The translations under genes and the position numbers were made by a program. Below are positions 1 to 9,928 of a stretch of 37,470 nt of DNA, piece by piece. The DNA comes from a virus (lineage: Duplodnaviria; Caudoviricetes): positions 1 to 37,470 of the IMG/VR virus record IMGVR_UViG_3300048853_000030; one strand, written 5' to 3'. Numbering within the stretch: position 1 is the stretch's first letter; each line of letters begins with the position of its first letter. The notes below the pieces were generated by a model. It searched no databases and was not told the DNA's origin. It saw only the letters and a list, made by a program, of their open reading frames with translations.

Positions 1-176
1 AGAACCGTGGTCCAGGAGACATCGGTAATGACGACGCCCGCTCCGAGGAACACCAGCACGTTCTGAATGAAGGTCTTGACGGTGCGGTCGGCGAGGTCGA
101 GCCAGAAAGCGCGTTGGCTGATCGAGGCGGTCTCGAGGGTCGCTGTTACGTTGAGGTTGGAGTTGGCAGATGCCAT
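1..176 (-). CDS. Holin, r1t-like (partial, runs off the left edge)
   Basis: Own translation MASANSNLNVTATLETASISQRAFWLDLADRTVKTFIQNVLVFLGAGVVITDVSWTTV; FW-x-D-x-x-x-R-x-x-KTF-x-Q pattern plus hydrophobic helix; RBS AAAAGGA; directly downstream of endolysin. Confidence 0.85.
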   Translation of the reverse strand, partial: MASANSNLNVTATLETASISQRAFWLDLADRTVKTFIQNVLVFLGAGVVITDVSWTTV

Positions 177-195
177 GATCAAATCCTTTTGTTGG

Positions 196-1230
196 TTACT
201 GCTTGGGTGCTTCGGGATCGTTGAGGAACTCGGTGACCATCGACGGGTGGAAGTAGGCTTCGCCCTTCTCGAACTGCTGGACTCGCCCACCGTCGAAGAA
301 CTGTTCGCTGCCGAGTGGCCAGCCGAGTCGGCCGTTCTCCCAGCCCTCTTTGGCCCAGCGTTCGAGGATCGCGCCGTTGACGACTGCGCCCGGGGTGCCG
401 ATCTTGCGATACAGAACGGCTCGCTGGAATGCCTGGATGGTGCCGACGCCGTTGACCGTGGCGTGCCGGCGCGTGGGGTAGCCAGCAGGGCCTTTCTCCC
501 AGCCCTGCTTGGCCCAGACCTCGAAGATGTCTCGCGGAATCGCGATGGCCCGCATGCCTGTTGGTTCGTTCTGGTTGACCCGAGGGCTCCAGTAGACGTA
601 GCCGTTCTCGAACTCGGCCATCCGGCCCTCGCCGTCGGGCAGCTTGACCTCGCCCTGCGTCTTGCGGGCGCCGATCCACGCCTTGGCCCGCTTGGCTTCC
701 TCGTCGATCTCGTTGGGAGGCGGCGTGGACGGGGCGTCGCTGCCGAGCACGGCGTCGAGGTACCAGAAGTCATGGAATAGCGGGTCATTCCACGCGCGCG
801 CACCCTCGTAGTAGAAGACGCCTGCGCCCTGGGATTCCCAGTCGACACCGCGGGCGGACTGTTTGATCGGGCCGCCAGGGACATCCATGGTCATCAGCGT
901 GCAAGCGGTGTGGGAGTACACCCCGCCGCCGCCGTGTTGCAGGCCCACGCGCATGACCGAGTTGATCGGCGGGTTCTTGCCGCGTCGGAACCCCAAGTCG
1001 TACACGATCTTGTAGTCCAGGCGGAATGACTCGGTGGAGCCGTAGCGGTTGCCCGGCCAGTCGGTGCGACCCATCCACCAGGCGCCCGTCTGGAGCACGA
1101 GCCCGGAGCAGTCAGTCGATTGTCGAGGATTGTTGGTGAACGCCTCGCCGTAGCCGTAGTACAGGCCGTCACGGGCGCGGCACATCGCGTCGACTTCGCG
1201 GGCCTTCTGCGGAGTGATGATCTTGGTCAT
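196..1230 (-). CDS. Endolysin (lysin A): N-terminal NlpC/P60-like cysteine peptidase plus C-terminal LGFP repeats
   Basis: TDCSGLV and HTAC catalytic motifs; WAKQGWEKGPAGYP and WAKEGWENGRLGWP LGFP-type repeats; adjacent to holin. Confidence 0.88.
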   Translation of the reverse strand: MTKIITPQKAREVDAMCRARDGLYYGYGEAFTNNPRQSTDCSGLVLQTGAWWMGRTDWPGNRYGSTESFRLDYKIVYDLGFRRGKNPPINSVMRVGLQHGGGGVYSHTACTLMTMDVPGGPIKQSARGVDWESQGAGVFYYEGARAWNDPLFHDFWYLDAVLGSDAPSTPPPNEIDEEAKRAKAWIGARKTQGEVKLPDGEGRMAEFENGYVYWSPRVNQNEPTGMRAIAIPRDIFEVWAKQGWEKGPAGYPTRRHATVNGVGTIQAFQRAVLYRKIGTPGAVVNGAILERWAKEGWENGRLGWPLGSEQFFDGGRVQQFEKGEAYFHPSMVTEFLNDPEAPKQ

Positions 1231-1323
1231 TACGTTCCCCTCCCGAGGATTTGAGGTCGTGACGGTTCTGCCACTGGCAGAGAAGGGCGAGCAGCTCGAA
1301 TGGCAGCTCGTACAGGCGGTTCA

Positions 1324-2901
1324 TCAGACGCTGTTTGCGACGCCGTTGAGTCGGGCGCCGCTGAGTTGAGCGGAGGCCACGAGCCGGGACCAGCCGCCTT
1401 TGAGGCGTTTGTCGTTGCCGAGAGTGGGCTGCTCGCGCTTTCGTTCGCCCGGCTTGTCAGTCACCGTGACCGAGGAGACGTACTGCTCAACGAAGTTGCC
1501 GCGGTCCCACAGGTGGATGATGTCGCCGTGCTTGTACCGGCGGGCGCTGCCGTTGTCTTCGCCGAACTCGTTGCCACGCCCAGGGACTCCGGACATTGCG
1601 TTGATCATGATTGACTGCTCGCCGCCCTTGGCTTTGAGCTCGGCCTTGCCGGTGGCGTAGCTGTCGAGGGACCAGGCTGCGGTGTTGTCGGCGAACTTCT
1701 CGGGTAGCGCATCGTCTTTGCCGATCTCGTCCTCGAGGTCGGCGTCCCAGAACACCTGGTAGGCGAAGAAGATGTCGTCGAACAGGTCGCCGACCACCAC
1801 GCCCAGGCCGAGGCCTGGCGCGATGAGGTTGAGCAGCAGCGAGATCGCGAGGTTGGCGCCGATCTCGATGACGTCGTTGAGGATGGCTGGCGACTTGCCG
1901 CCGACGATGGCTCGAGTAGCGCGTGAGTGTGTGCCTTTGGAGCTGTAGTCGCGGATCTGCGAGTCGGCGTCGGTGCGGAACTGCACCTTGCGGTTGTCGC
2001 GCTTCTCGTAGGTGTCGAAGACGAACCCGGCGCGGTTCATCTGGTTGGTCCATGTGCCGTTGCTGATCGAGGCCAGCTTGCTCAGGTTGAGGAAGTCGTC
2101 GTCGAGCGTGTTGATGATCGACTGCAGGTCCGAGAGGGTGTCGGTGTTGAAGACGGTGGGAGAAGGTCCGCGCCCGTCCCACAGGTCGACCTTGATGCCC
2201 CAGTCCAGACGGTCTACGTCCTGGCGGAAGAGTTCGTCGAGCTGAGTGAACCGTGCCTGCGAGAACATGATTGGCTCGATGACGTCGGAGAGGAAGTCGA
2301 AGATGTCGTCGAGCGAATCGAAATCCTTGACCTTGAGGTTCGACCATGCTGACGGCTGGTGCATCGGCAGTGCTGAATAGAACGGGATGCCGAGCCGCGT
2401 GGCCACCTTCGACACATACGATTTCATCACCCGATCGGGCGAGCCGATCTCGACGTCCTGCTTGCCGGTCAGCCCCACCTGGATCTCCGGGGGGAACAGG
2501 TTGTTGACCCAGGCGTACATCGACTGCAGCCAGATCTTGTTGCACTCGGCGTAGTAGACCTTGCGCTCACGCCCGGGGGTGCCGGAGAACTCCACATCGA
2601 CGATGCGGCCTGTCCACGGGATACCGTTGTAACCCATCTCGCCGTCTGGGCCCCGGCCAAGTCGGAGGTGGAAGCACTTCTTCCTCACGGTGGACGGGGT
2701 GATGATGTCGGTGATGGGGTTGTCCCACTTCAGCTCGAACGCGATCTTGCCGGGCTCGAGACCGTGGGTCCACGTGGTGCCTGCATCGAGATACGAACCT
2801 GCCGGCCGCCAGTCGATGACCGGGTTGTTGCGCAGGCCGACGTCGAAGTTGAAGGCCGGCGGTTCGTCGGTGTTCGGATCTGCGTAGCCTGCTGAGATCA
2901 C
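1324..2901 (-). CDS. Minor tail protein (baseplate hub/Tal-like, ReqiPepy6 gp37-like)
   Basis: 525 aa directly after Dit; PPEIQ, IVGGKSP and DDIFFAYQ motifs typical of actinophage minor tail proteins. Confidence 0.8.
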   Translation of the reverse strand: MISAGYADPNTDEPPAFNFDVGLRNNPVIDWRPAGSYLDAGTTWTHGLEPGKIAFELKWDNPITDIITPSTVRKKCFHLRLGRGPDGEMGYNGIPWTGRIVDVEFSGTPGRERKVYYAECNKIWLQSMYAWVNNLFPPEIQVGLTGKQDVEIGSPDRVMKSYVSKVATRLGIPFYSALPMHQPSAWSNLKVKDFDSLDDIFDFLSDVIEPIMFSQARFTQLDELFRQDVDRLDWGIKVDLWDGRGPSPTVFNTDTLSDLQSIINTLDDDFLNLSKLASISNGTWTNQMNRAGFVFDTYEKRDNRKVQFRTDADSQIRDYSSKGTHSRATRAIVGGKSPAILNDVIEIGANLAISLLLNLIAPGLGLGVVVGDLFDDIFFAYQVFWDADLEDEIGKDDALPEKFADNTAAWSLDSYATGKAELKAKGGEQSIMINAMSGVPGRGNEFGEDNGSARRYKHGDIIHLWDRGNFVEQYVSSVTVTDKPGERKREQPTLGNDKRLKGGWSRLVASAQLSGARLNGVANSV

Positions 2902-3716
2902 AGCGCTGACCAGAACAGTTGGGGGACAGTGACGGTCAGCTTGGTTGCGCTGGTCGTCCCGGTTCCGGTGATGGAGAGCGGGATCTCTTCGGTGTCGGCG
3001 GGCGCCTTGACGTGCCAGCGTTCACCAATCCATGACCGGTCCACTCCGGCCTGGTCCCATATTGCCCAGCGATCCGGGTCCGTCTCGATGTCGAGCCATT
3101 GTCCGGCAGTCAGTGACGGTAGCGGGATCAGTTCACCGTCGATCCCGATCTTCGGGTTGGTGATGGGTCCGTCGAGTCTGTAGTGCACCCAGGTATCGAC
3201 GTCACCGTCGTTGCGGACCTTCGCTGCACCGAATTCTGCCGCGGTGAACGTGAACTCGTACGGGTCGGTGCGCCACCATGTTTCGTCTGAGCGCCACTCC
3301 ACTTCGTCGTAGGCCCGGCCGACGGCATGCATCTTCACGTACTCGGGGGCGTTCTTGAACGCGACGAGCCGCACCTCTTGGAAGCGTGCGGTTTCGGCGA
3401 CCTCGAATCGCATCAGCTTGCCGCCGGAGCGACGTGCGCCGCCGATGCCGTTCCCCCGGCGCCATGCGGCGAGAAGGTTCCGCGCGTCGGGACCGCCTGT
3501 GCCGCCGTCGATGCGGATTCCGGCGGTGATGCTGCCCGGCTTGTACTTGATCGCCGAGTTCGTCACGCCCGCCTGGTTGACGCCATCGAGGTCATCGAAC
3601 TCGAACGCCGGCCCACCGAGGTTGATGTAGTGCAACCGGAACGGCCCACCCTGGTTGAACTCGATGTTCTTGCCGAACACGTCGGTGAGCACGCAGGTCA
3701 ACGGCAGCGTCATCAC
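2898..3716 (-). CDS. Distal tail protein (Dit) / minor tail protein
   Basis: 272 aa directly after tape measure; NDGDVDTWVHYRLDGP and LDIETDP motifs. Confidence 0.8.
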   Translation of the reverse strand: MMTLPLTCVLTDVFGKNIEFNQGGPFRLHYINLGGPAFEFDDLDGVNQAGVTNSAIKYKPGSITAGIRIDGGTGGPDARNLLAAWRRGNGIGGARRSGGKLMRFEVAETARFQEVRLVAFKNAPEYVKMHAVGRAYDEVEWRSDETWWRTDPYEFTFTAAEFGAAKVRNDGDVDTWVHYRLDGPITNPKIGIDGELIPLPSLTAGQWLDIETDPDRWAIWDQAGVDRSWIGERWHVKAPADTEEIPLSITGTGTTSATKLTVTVPQLFWSAL

Positions 3717-6700
3717 AGGCCTGCCGCCGAGAGCGTCGGAGTCAACCCGTCCATCACGCCCGAGTCGATAGTCGCCTTGATCTTCTTGTTCTCGCGCGTA
3801 GCCTGCAGGATCGCGATCAGCACCTCTTTCAGCTCGTCGGCACTGGCACCCAGCGCCTGGGAGATTCCGTCGATGGAGTTGGCCGATGTGTCGACCGTGG
3901 GGGCCAGATCACCGAGCGATACCTGCCCGCTGTTCGCCATGTTGACGTACGGAGGAGTGACTGCTGACGCGACCGCGAATCCGCCGCCCGCAACGAGTGC
4001 GGCCCAGTCGTAGAAGTTCTTCGGCTTCAGCGCATCCGACGTGTCCTCGGCGTATCCGGCGAACCCGCCGGCGGCGTACGAGTCCATCATTCCCAGGTGG
4101 CGCCCCGTCTCGAGCCATAGCGCTTTCGACCGCGGTGACCCGTTGAGCGGAATGTAGGACTCCGGCCCAGCCTCGCCTGCCTGGGTGAGCCAGATGCGTT
4201 CGCGATTGAGTACCTGCGCGGACCCCGGCGCCCGGTCTTCGATCGCGCCACGCGCGTACGCAGAGATAGCGAGAGGCCCGATGTTGCCGAGCTTCTCGGG
4301 TCCCGTCGTGGACTCCGACTCGGCTCCCGGTGTCGCAGGTGATGATGAAGACGTTGAGGTCGTGGTTGTCGTCAACTGTGATGGCCAGTTCGTCACGAAG
4401 ACAGGCTCGCCCGAACCGCTCGTCGCGCTGCCGGTCTGCGTCGTGGTGGATCGCGTCATCGATGCTGCGATCTCGGCGTCGGCCTCAGCCTCCTTCGCCG
4501 CATAATTCGAGCCGTCCGCGGTCCCGGAACGTTGAACGGCCTGGGCCAGTTGCGCTTCGGTCATTCCCTCGGCGCCTTCGACCTTGTTAGCAGCGTCGTA
4601 GTAGGCGTTTGCTGCGTAGGCCGGATCCATGCGCTGCTCGACAGTGCCCCACTCCGGACGCTGCTGCAGGATGCCCGCGTTGTCGCCGTCCGTGCCGTGA
4701 TCGAGGTTCTCGCCACCGGTCTCAGCCAGCGTGGCCATGACGGCAGACTTGATCTCCTTGTCGGACTCGCCGCGACGCTTACCCTCGGCGATGACGGTGT
4801 CGATGTTCTTCTGCTTGGCGGTACGCGTATCCGGCGCGCCGATTTGCCCGGCCGCGCCCGGGTCGCCCTGCAGTGGCATCCATGCCGTGCTGCCCGACAG
4901 GCTTCGCGAACCATCCGGCCCGTCGTACTGGCCGTCACCGCGCGCGCCGCCCATCTCGATGTTGACGTCGCCGCCGACCGGATCGATGATCGTGCCGGCC
5001 GTGTGCTCCGGATTCCACGTCACCTCGTACGCCGGAACACCAGTGGGTGCGGAGCCCGGCTGCAGGCCATGGCCGGCGGTGTAACTGTCGAAGTTGGCCG
5101 TACCCGCGCGTGCACCGGTGCCCGGTGAAGCGTTCAGGCCATCGGCGTAGTTCATTGCGATCGACTGGCCGCCAGAGCAGTCAGTCATCCAGCCGTTGCC
5201 CCAGTCGCCATAGCTGTAGGGGGCGCCCTCGATGCCGCGCATGTAGTCCTTGAGCTGACCAACTGACGCGACAGGACCACCGGTCGCCCGGGGCACACCC
5301 AGCTCCAACGTGCCGTCGTTGATAGCGGCCATGACCCTCGGGCCATACTTCTCGGCCGAGGAAGTCTTGATGACCCACTCGCCGTCAGAGGTTGGGGTGA
5401 GGATCTTGTCGCCAGTCGGACCGCCCGGGCCGCGCACCGGTCCACCTGCCGCACGCCGAGCACCCAACGGCACATCCTCCGCCGTTCCATACTGGGCATT
5501 CGTCGGGATGTTGTTGACGAAGATCGTTTTGGTCTCAGTCTTGAGAAGCTCCGCCATCTTCCGGCGCGCCTCTTCGTCATTCAGATTGATGACCACGGAG
5601 CCGTCAGGCAACGTCGTGGTGGTGACGCCGAGCTGCTTGAGCCGCTCGATGTTCTGTGGACTCGTGTCGTCGATCTTGATGAACCCACCCGGCAGCGACG
5701 TGGTCTGGATCCCCAAGTCCGACAACTTCTTCATGTTCTCGGCGGTTGTATCCGTGATCACCAAGCGACCATCAGGAAGAGTCGTGTACTTGATCTTCAG
5801 CTCGTCGAGGCGGCGGCGGGTCTCCTCGGTGTTGTCGATAACGCGGACCTTGCCTTCAGGCAGATTCGATGCCTTGATGCCCACCGTGTTCAGGTCAGCG
5901 ATCGCCTTCTGGACAGTCTGGGTGTCGAGCTTCAACACCTTCTCGTCCGGGACGAGTCCGTAAGCGTCGGCCAGCTTGTTGGCCAGGTCGACGTTCATCC
6001 CGCCCGCCACAGCCGCGTCGACAAATGCCTGACGCTGCCGGACTAGCGCTTGCCGAGTCGTGTCCAGTGCCTGGGGAAGGTCCTGCCCGGAGGCCAGAGC
6101 CGCCTCGTACGTGGCCACAGCCATCTGGTTGAACGCCTCGGTCTGCGACTGCACCGTGTTCTGAAGCGCGGAGCCCTTCTCCGTGGTGACGTCGATATGA
6201 CCGTTCAGCCCGACCGTCGCCGCGCCACCATCTTCCAAGGCCTTGGCGAAGTCCCTCATGTTGTCCGACCACGACTGCAACGCTTCTTCTTGCGTCAGCT
6301 TGTCGTTATCGAGACCATCGAGAGCCTTCGCCAGCTTGTCGACCTTTGACGCTGCGCCATCGGTGGATTCGCCGAATTCGATCATTGCCTCGGACATCGG
6401 ACCGACAGCCTGCGTCGTGTTGTCGAACGACTTCACAATGTCGCCGTTCGCCTCACCCAACTGCTGCGCGCGCGTCTTCGCCTGCTCAACCTGCGAGTTC
6501 GTCGACCCCAGAGCGTTGCCGGTCTTCAGTGCGGCTTGGCCGGCGGCGTCGAGCTTGCCACCGAGCTCGCTCCAGTCGTTCGACGACGTCTTGATGTTCC
6601 CGGCGATGAGCTTCTGCTCGACCTCGTCCTGCGCCTTCTTGTTGCCGCGCAACGCCGACGAGTACAACTCGACCGAGACGCCAGCCTTTTCGTAGGCCTC

Positions 6701-8947
6701 ACCGTGCGCCCGCCACAGATCACTCGACGCAACAGAGGCATTGACCTGCTTGTCGAGCGCCGCGTTGACCTTCTCGATCGAGTCGGCCTGACCGGTCGCA
6801 GCATCAGTGAACTGATCAATCGAGATGCCCCATTGCTTGTTGGCATCAACGGCTTTCAGGATGCCGTCCGATTGCAGCTTCGAGGAGATCTGTTCACGGC
6901 CCTGCTGCGTGAGCTTGCCGGTGTTGACGTCGATGGCCTGCGACAGTTCCTCGACGGCAGCCTTCTGCTCCGCAGTCTTCTGTTTCGCGGCAGCTGAGTT
7001 GCGGCTCCACAGGGAGAGCAGGCCGATCGCGCCCATGATGGCGATGCCGAACGGCCCACCGAGGGCGCCGGTCAACCCGCCAATGGCGCCACGGGCGCCG
7101 ACTGCGGCGGCCGAGATGGTCCCCTGCGTGCGGGCGAAGTTGTTGGCCTGGCTACTCGCGCGCAGGTACGAGGCACCCATCGCTGCGATCGTCGCGTTGT
7201 TGCGGCCCAGCACCGCCACTGACGCAGACAGCCGGTTCATGGATCCGCCGGCGACCGTTGCGGCTCGCTGCATGTTCGTGATCGACGTCCCGTAACCGCG
7301 CATCACACCGGCAGCATTCGAGGCGTAATTGCGAGCCGAGTTGATCTGGTTGCCGAATGCGGCCATCGCGATGCGCCCCGCGATGAGCAGGGTGATCACC
7401 GTCTGCATCGGGCCGGGGATTGAAGCGAACCCGGACGCCAACGCCGCCACCGGCGCCACGATGAATCCGAGGCTCGAGGCCATGCCGTCCGCGGTGCCGA
7501 TGATGCTCGCGCCGCTATTCGCGAGCGAGGTCAACGGCCCTTCGATCATGCTGTACGTGGTGAGGGCTACACCCTCGATGCTGTTCTGGACGCGCTCCCA
7601 CGCACCCGGCAGCCCTTGGGTTTTCGCAGCTGCGATTTGTGCGGCGGTGCCCTGCTTGTTGATCGCGGCAGCCATCTTGTCGTACGCGGCAGTGCCGCCA
7701 CCGGCAGCGACCATCGCCGTACGCATCGCGTCGGAGCCGAACAGGATGTTCGTTGCGGCCTGGAACTGCTCGTCCGACATGCGAGTCGAGGCCTGCGAAA
7801 GCTGGTCCCACAGCGAACGCATGCCGACGAACTGTCCCTGCGCGTCGTACACGGTGAGGCCGAGGTCTTTGATCGCCTGCTGCGCTGGCGCGCCCTGGTC
7901 GGTCAGCGACTGAAGTGACGTTTTGAGTAGCGTGCCAGCGTCCGAACCGGTGATACCGGCGTTGGCGAACAGGCCGATCATCGTGGCGGTGTCGGCCATG
8001 CTGACACCGAACCCGGCGGCTACCGTGCCAGCCTGCTGCAAAGCCGCTGCGACATCGGTGATCTCAGCCGACGAGGCGTTCGAGGCATTCGAGAGGATGT
8101 CGGCGGCTTCGCTGGCGAACGTGGCGTTCTGACCGAACGCCTGCAGTGCCTGCGACTGAATCGTCGCCGCGTCGCCGGCCTCGATCTGGGCTGCGGCTGC
8201 GAGCTGCAAGGTGCCCTTCGCGGCATCCATTGACTGTTGGACTGAGAATCCACCCTTGGCGAGTTCGGTCATCGCCGCCGCGGCGTTGTTCGCCGAGGTG
8301 CCAGGCAGTGTGATGTCACCGCCGAGCGCCTTGGCTGCGGCAGATACATCCTTCATCTGAGCCGACGTCGCGCCCGACACGGCCTGCATCGTGTTCAGGC
8401 TTGTGGTGAAGTCCATGCCGACAGTGAGGATCTTCGACATGGCGGCGCCAGCACCGATGGCACCGGCCGCCATCGCGGCGAGTTTTCCAGCGGTGGTGTC
8501 CGACGAGTCACCCATGTTGGTGATCGACTCGGACGCACCATCAGAAGACTCTGCGGCCTGGTTGTTGGCCTCGGCGAGCCCGGCGGCCGCCTCCTGCGTT
8601 GCGATCGACGCGGTCGTCAGCCGCGCACGCGCCTGAGCGAGACGCAGTTCAGCGTCCGCCGCCTTGTTGGCGTTCCCCGCATTCTGCGCGGCTTGGAGTT
8701 GGCGCTCTGCCTTCTCGGCCCGCGCCGCTGCTGCCGCCTGATTGGCCCGGGCCTGAGCAACTTTCGCCGCGTACCGATCGACCTCAGACACCGACCCACG
8801 CATGGCCGACGCGATCGCCTGCTCAGACTGCCGAGTCTGCTGACCCAGCTGCTGCATCGACGAACCCGCACGGCGAACACCAGAAGCGAACCCGGTGTCA
8901 TCGAGCCCCAGCTGTGCGGTGATGCGACCAACGATCAGACCAGCCAC
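3713..8947 (-). CDS. Tape measure protein with C-terminal peptidoglycan-hydrolase domains
   Basis: 1744 aa, Ala/Gly-rich; TP901-type core (ELAKGG, GITGSDAGTLLK); follows tail assembly chaperones. Confidence 0.95.
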   Translation of the reverse strand: MAGLIVGRITAQLGLDDTGFASGVRRAGSSMQQLGQQTRQSEQAIASAMRGSVSEVDRYAAKVAQARANQAAAAARAEKAERQLQAAQNAGNANKAADAELRLAQARARLTTASIATQEAAAGLAEANNQAAESSDGASESITNMGDSSDTTAGKLAAMAAGAIGAGAAMSKILTVGMDFTTSLNTMQAVSGATSAQMKDVSAAAKALGGDITLPGTSANNAAAAMTELAKGGFSVQQSMDAAKGTLQLAAAAQIEAGDAATIQSQALQAFGQNATFASEAADILSNASNASSAEITDVAAALQQAGTVAAGFGVSMADTATMIGLFANAGITGSDAGTLLKTSLQSLTDQGAPAQQAIKDLGLTVYDAQGQFVGMRSLWDQLSQASTRMSDEQFQAATNILFGSDAMRTAMVAAGGGTAAYDKMAAAINKQGTAAQIAAAKTQGLPGAWERVQNSIEGVALTTYSMIEGPLTSLANSGASIIGTADGMASSLGFIVAPVAALASGFASIPGPMQTVITLLIAGRIAMAAFGNQINSARNYASNAAGVMRGYGTSITNMQRAATVAGGSMNRLSASVAVLGRNNATIAAMGASYLRASSQANNFARTQGTISAAAVGARGAIGGLTGALGGPFGIAIMGAIGLLSLWSRNSAAAKQKTAEQKAAVEELSQAIDVNTGKLTQQGREQISSKLQSDGILKAVDANKQWGISIDQFTDAATGQADSIEKVNAALDKQVNASVASSDLWRAHGEAYEKAGVSVELYSSALRGNKKAQDEVEQKLIAGNIKTSSNDWSELGGKLDAAGQAALKTGNALGSTNSQVEQAKTRAQQLGEANGDIVKSFDNTTQAVGPMSEAMIEFGESTDGAASKVDKLAKALDGLDNDKLTQEEALQSWSDNMRDFAKALEDGGAATVGLNGHIDVTTEKGSALQNTVQSQTEAFNQMAVATYEAALASGQDLPQALDTTRQALVRQRQAFVDAAVAGGMNVDLANKLADAYGLVPDEKVLKLDTQTVQKAIADLNTVGIKASNLPEGKVRVIDNTEETRRRLDELKIKYTTLPDGRLVITDTTAENMKKLSDLGIQTTSLPGGFIKIDDTSPQNIERLKQLGVTTTTLPDGSVVINLNDEEARRKMAELLKTETKTIFVNNIPTNAQYGTAEDVPLGARRAAGGPVRGPGGPTGDKILTPTSDGEWVIKTSSAEKYGPRVMAAINDGTLELGVPRATGGPVASVGQLKDYMRGIEGAPYSYGDWGNGWMTDCSGGQSIAMNYADGLNASPGTGARAGTANFDSYTAGHGLQPGSAPTGVPAYEVTWNPEHTAGTIIDPVGGDVNIEMGGARGDGQYDGPDGSRSLSGSTAWMPLQGDPGAAGQIGAPDTRTAKQKNIDTVIAEGKRRGESDKEIKSAVMATLAETGGENLDHGTDGDNAGILQQRPEWGTVEQRMDPAYAANAYYDAANKVEGAEGMTEAQLAQAVQRSGTADGSNYAAKEAEADAEIAASMTRSTTTQTGSATSGSGEPVFVTNWPSQLTTTTTSTSSSSPATPGAESESTTGPEKLGNIGPLAISAYARGAIEDRAPGSAQVLNRERIWLTQAGEAGPESYIPLNGSPRSKALWLETGRHLGMMDSYAAGGFAGYAEDTSDALKPKNFYDWAALVAGGGFAVASAVTPPYVNMANSGQVSLGDLAPTVDTSANSIDGISQALGASADELKEVLIAILQATRENKKIKATIDSGVMDGLTPTLSAAGL

Positions 8948-9421
8948 TTACCGCCTCCTATCCTGGGGTCGGACCGCAGAACCCAGCCGTGAGGTGGGGC
9001 GGTCAATGAGGTCGCGAATGCGAAGGGCGAGCCATCGCCATGTCCGGTCGTGGAGCACGCCGGATTCGACGTCGATGCCGAAGAACTCGTGCAGATCGAG
9101 CTCGACGGCGATCCATCGCTCGAGGATGTCCACCCATGTGATGAGCGGCTTGTCCGTTGGAATCGCCGGTTTGCCACCGTATTTCGGGGCGAGCTCTTGC
9201 GGGAAGTAGTGGTCGCGGGTGCCGGTCAGCGGGTTGTAGTCGGTGCCGCCGGGGTCGTCTTCGCCGTACGCGCCCGGCCGCGGGTCGTAGAAGCCGCCGT
9301 ACTTGCACGGGACGAGGACTTCCGCGTCGCCTTCTTCGCTGCCGTCTTCTTGGTCGGCGCCTTTGCTGCCGCCCGCTTCTGCGCCCTGTTCGCCCCCATT
9401 GATGGGGGCACCGGGTTTCCC
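8948..9421 (-). CDS. Tail assembly chaperone, -1 frameshift extension (gpGT-like C-terminal part)
   Basis: The -1 frame is open from the slippery heptamer at 9415-9421 to TAA at 8948 and ends ...WIAVELDLHEFFGIDVESGVLHDRTWRWLALRIRDL... Confidence 0.85.
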   Translation of the reverse strand, partial: GKPGAPINGGEQGAEAGGSKGADQEDGSEEGDAEVLVPCKYGGFYDPRPGAYGEDDPGGTDYNPLTGTRDHYFPQELAPKYGGKPAIPTDKPLITWVDILERWIAVELDLHEFFGIDVESGVLHDRTWRWLALRIRDLIDRPTSRLGSAVRPQDRRR

Positions 9422-9867
9422 GACGCGACCGCCTTGGCCGCGATACCGCGTTCGTTCCAGAACTTCTCAGCCTCAGCAAGGCCCTGAGCGGTCTTCACCA
9501 GCGCGGTGATTCCGGCGTGGATAATTTCGTCCATCGACAGGCCGTCGGCCGACATCTCGTCGTACAGGCCGCCAGCCCACCGGCCCATCGCGACAGTCCG
9601 GGTCACGGAGTTGCCGTCGTCGTCGATGGCCTGCAGGCCAGTCTCGGGGTCGAAGACGGGTAGTTCCTCGTCCTCGACCACCCATGTCGCCCCGAGCAGT
9701 TTCAATGCCTCTCGGGTCTCGGTGTTTCCGTCGAGCCCGTTCGCTGCGACGAGCTGCATCAGTCGCAAGCCGTCGGCGGCTGGCGCCTCGGGGATGTGAT
9801 ACTCCTTGCCGCGGATCGGTAGCGTCAGTCCCGGTGTGAAGAACTCGGATAGATCTTGGAACCCCAT
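9226..9867 (-). CDS. Tail assembly chaperone (gpG-like)
   Basis: Between major tail and tape measure; RBS AGGAGG; contains G GGA AAC slippery site. Confidence 0.85.
   Translation of the reverse strand: MGFQDLSEFFTPGLTLPIRGKEYHIPEAPAADGLRLMQLVAANGLDGNTETREALKLLGATWVVEDEELPVFDPETGLQAIDDDGNSVTRTVAMGRWAGGLYDEMSADGLSMDEIIHAGITALVKTAQGLAEAEKFWNERGIAAKAVASGNPVPPSMGANRAQKRAAAKAPTKKTAAKKATRKSSSRASTAASTTRGRARTAKTTPAAPTTTR
9415..9421 (-). promoter_or_regulatory. Programmed -1 ribosomal frameshift site G GGA AAC
   Basis: X XXY YYZ heptamer in correct phase (TCG GGA AAC = S-G-N); the -1 frame is open to 8948. Confidence 0.85.
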
Positions 9868-9894
9868 GATTCGCCTCCTGAAGTGGGGTGTGTG

Positions 9895-9922
9895 CCCCGG
9901 TTGCGGCCTCCTGCAACCGGGG
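9895..9922 (-). terminator. GC-rich hairpin after the major tail gene (terminator, attenuator or mRNA stabiliser)
   Basis: CCCCGGTTGC-N8-GCAACCGGGG perfect 10-bp stem; no U tract. Confidence 0.5.
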
Positions 9923-9928
9923 GTCTAG

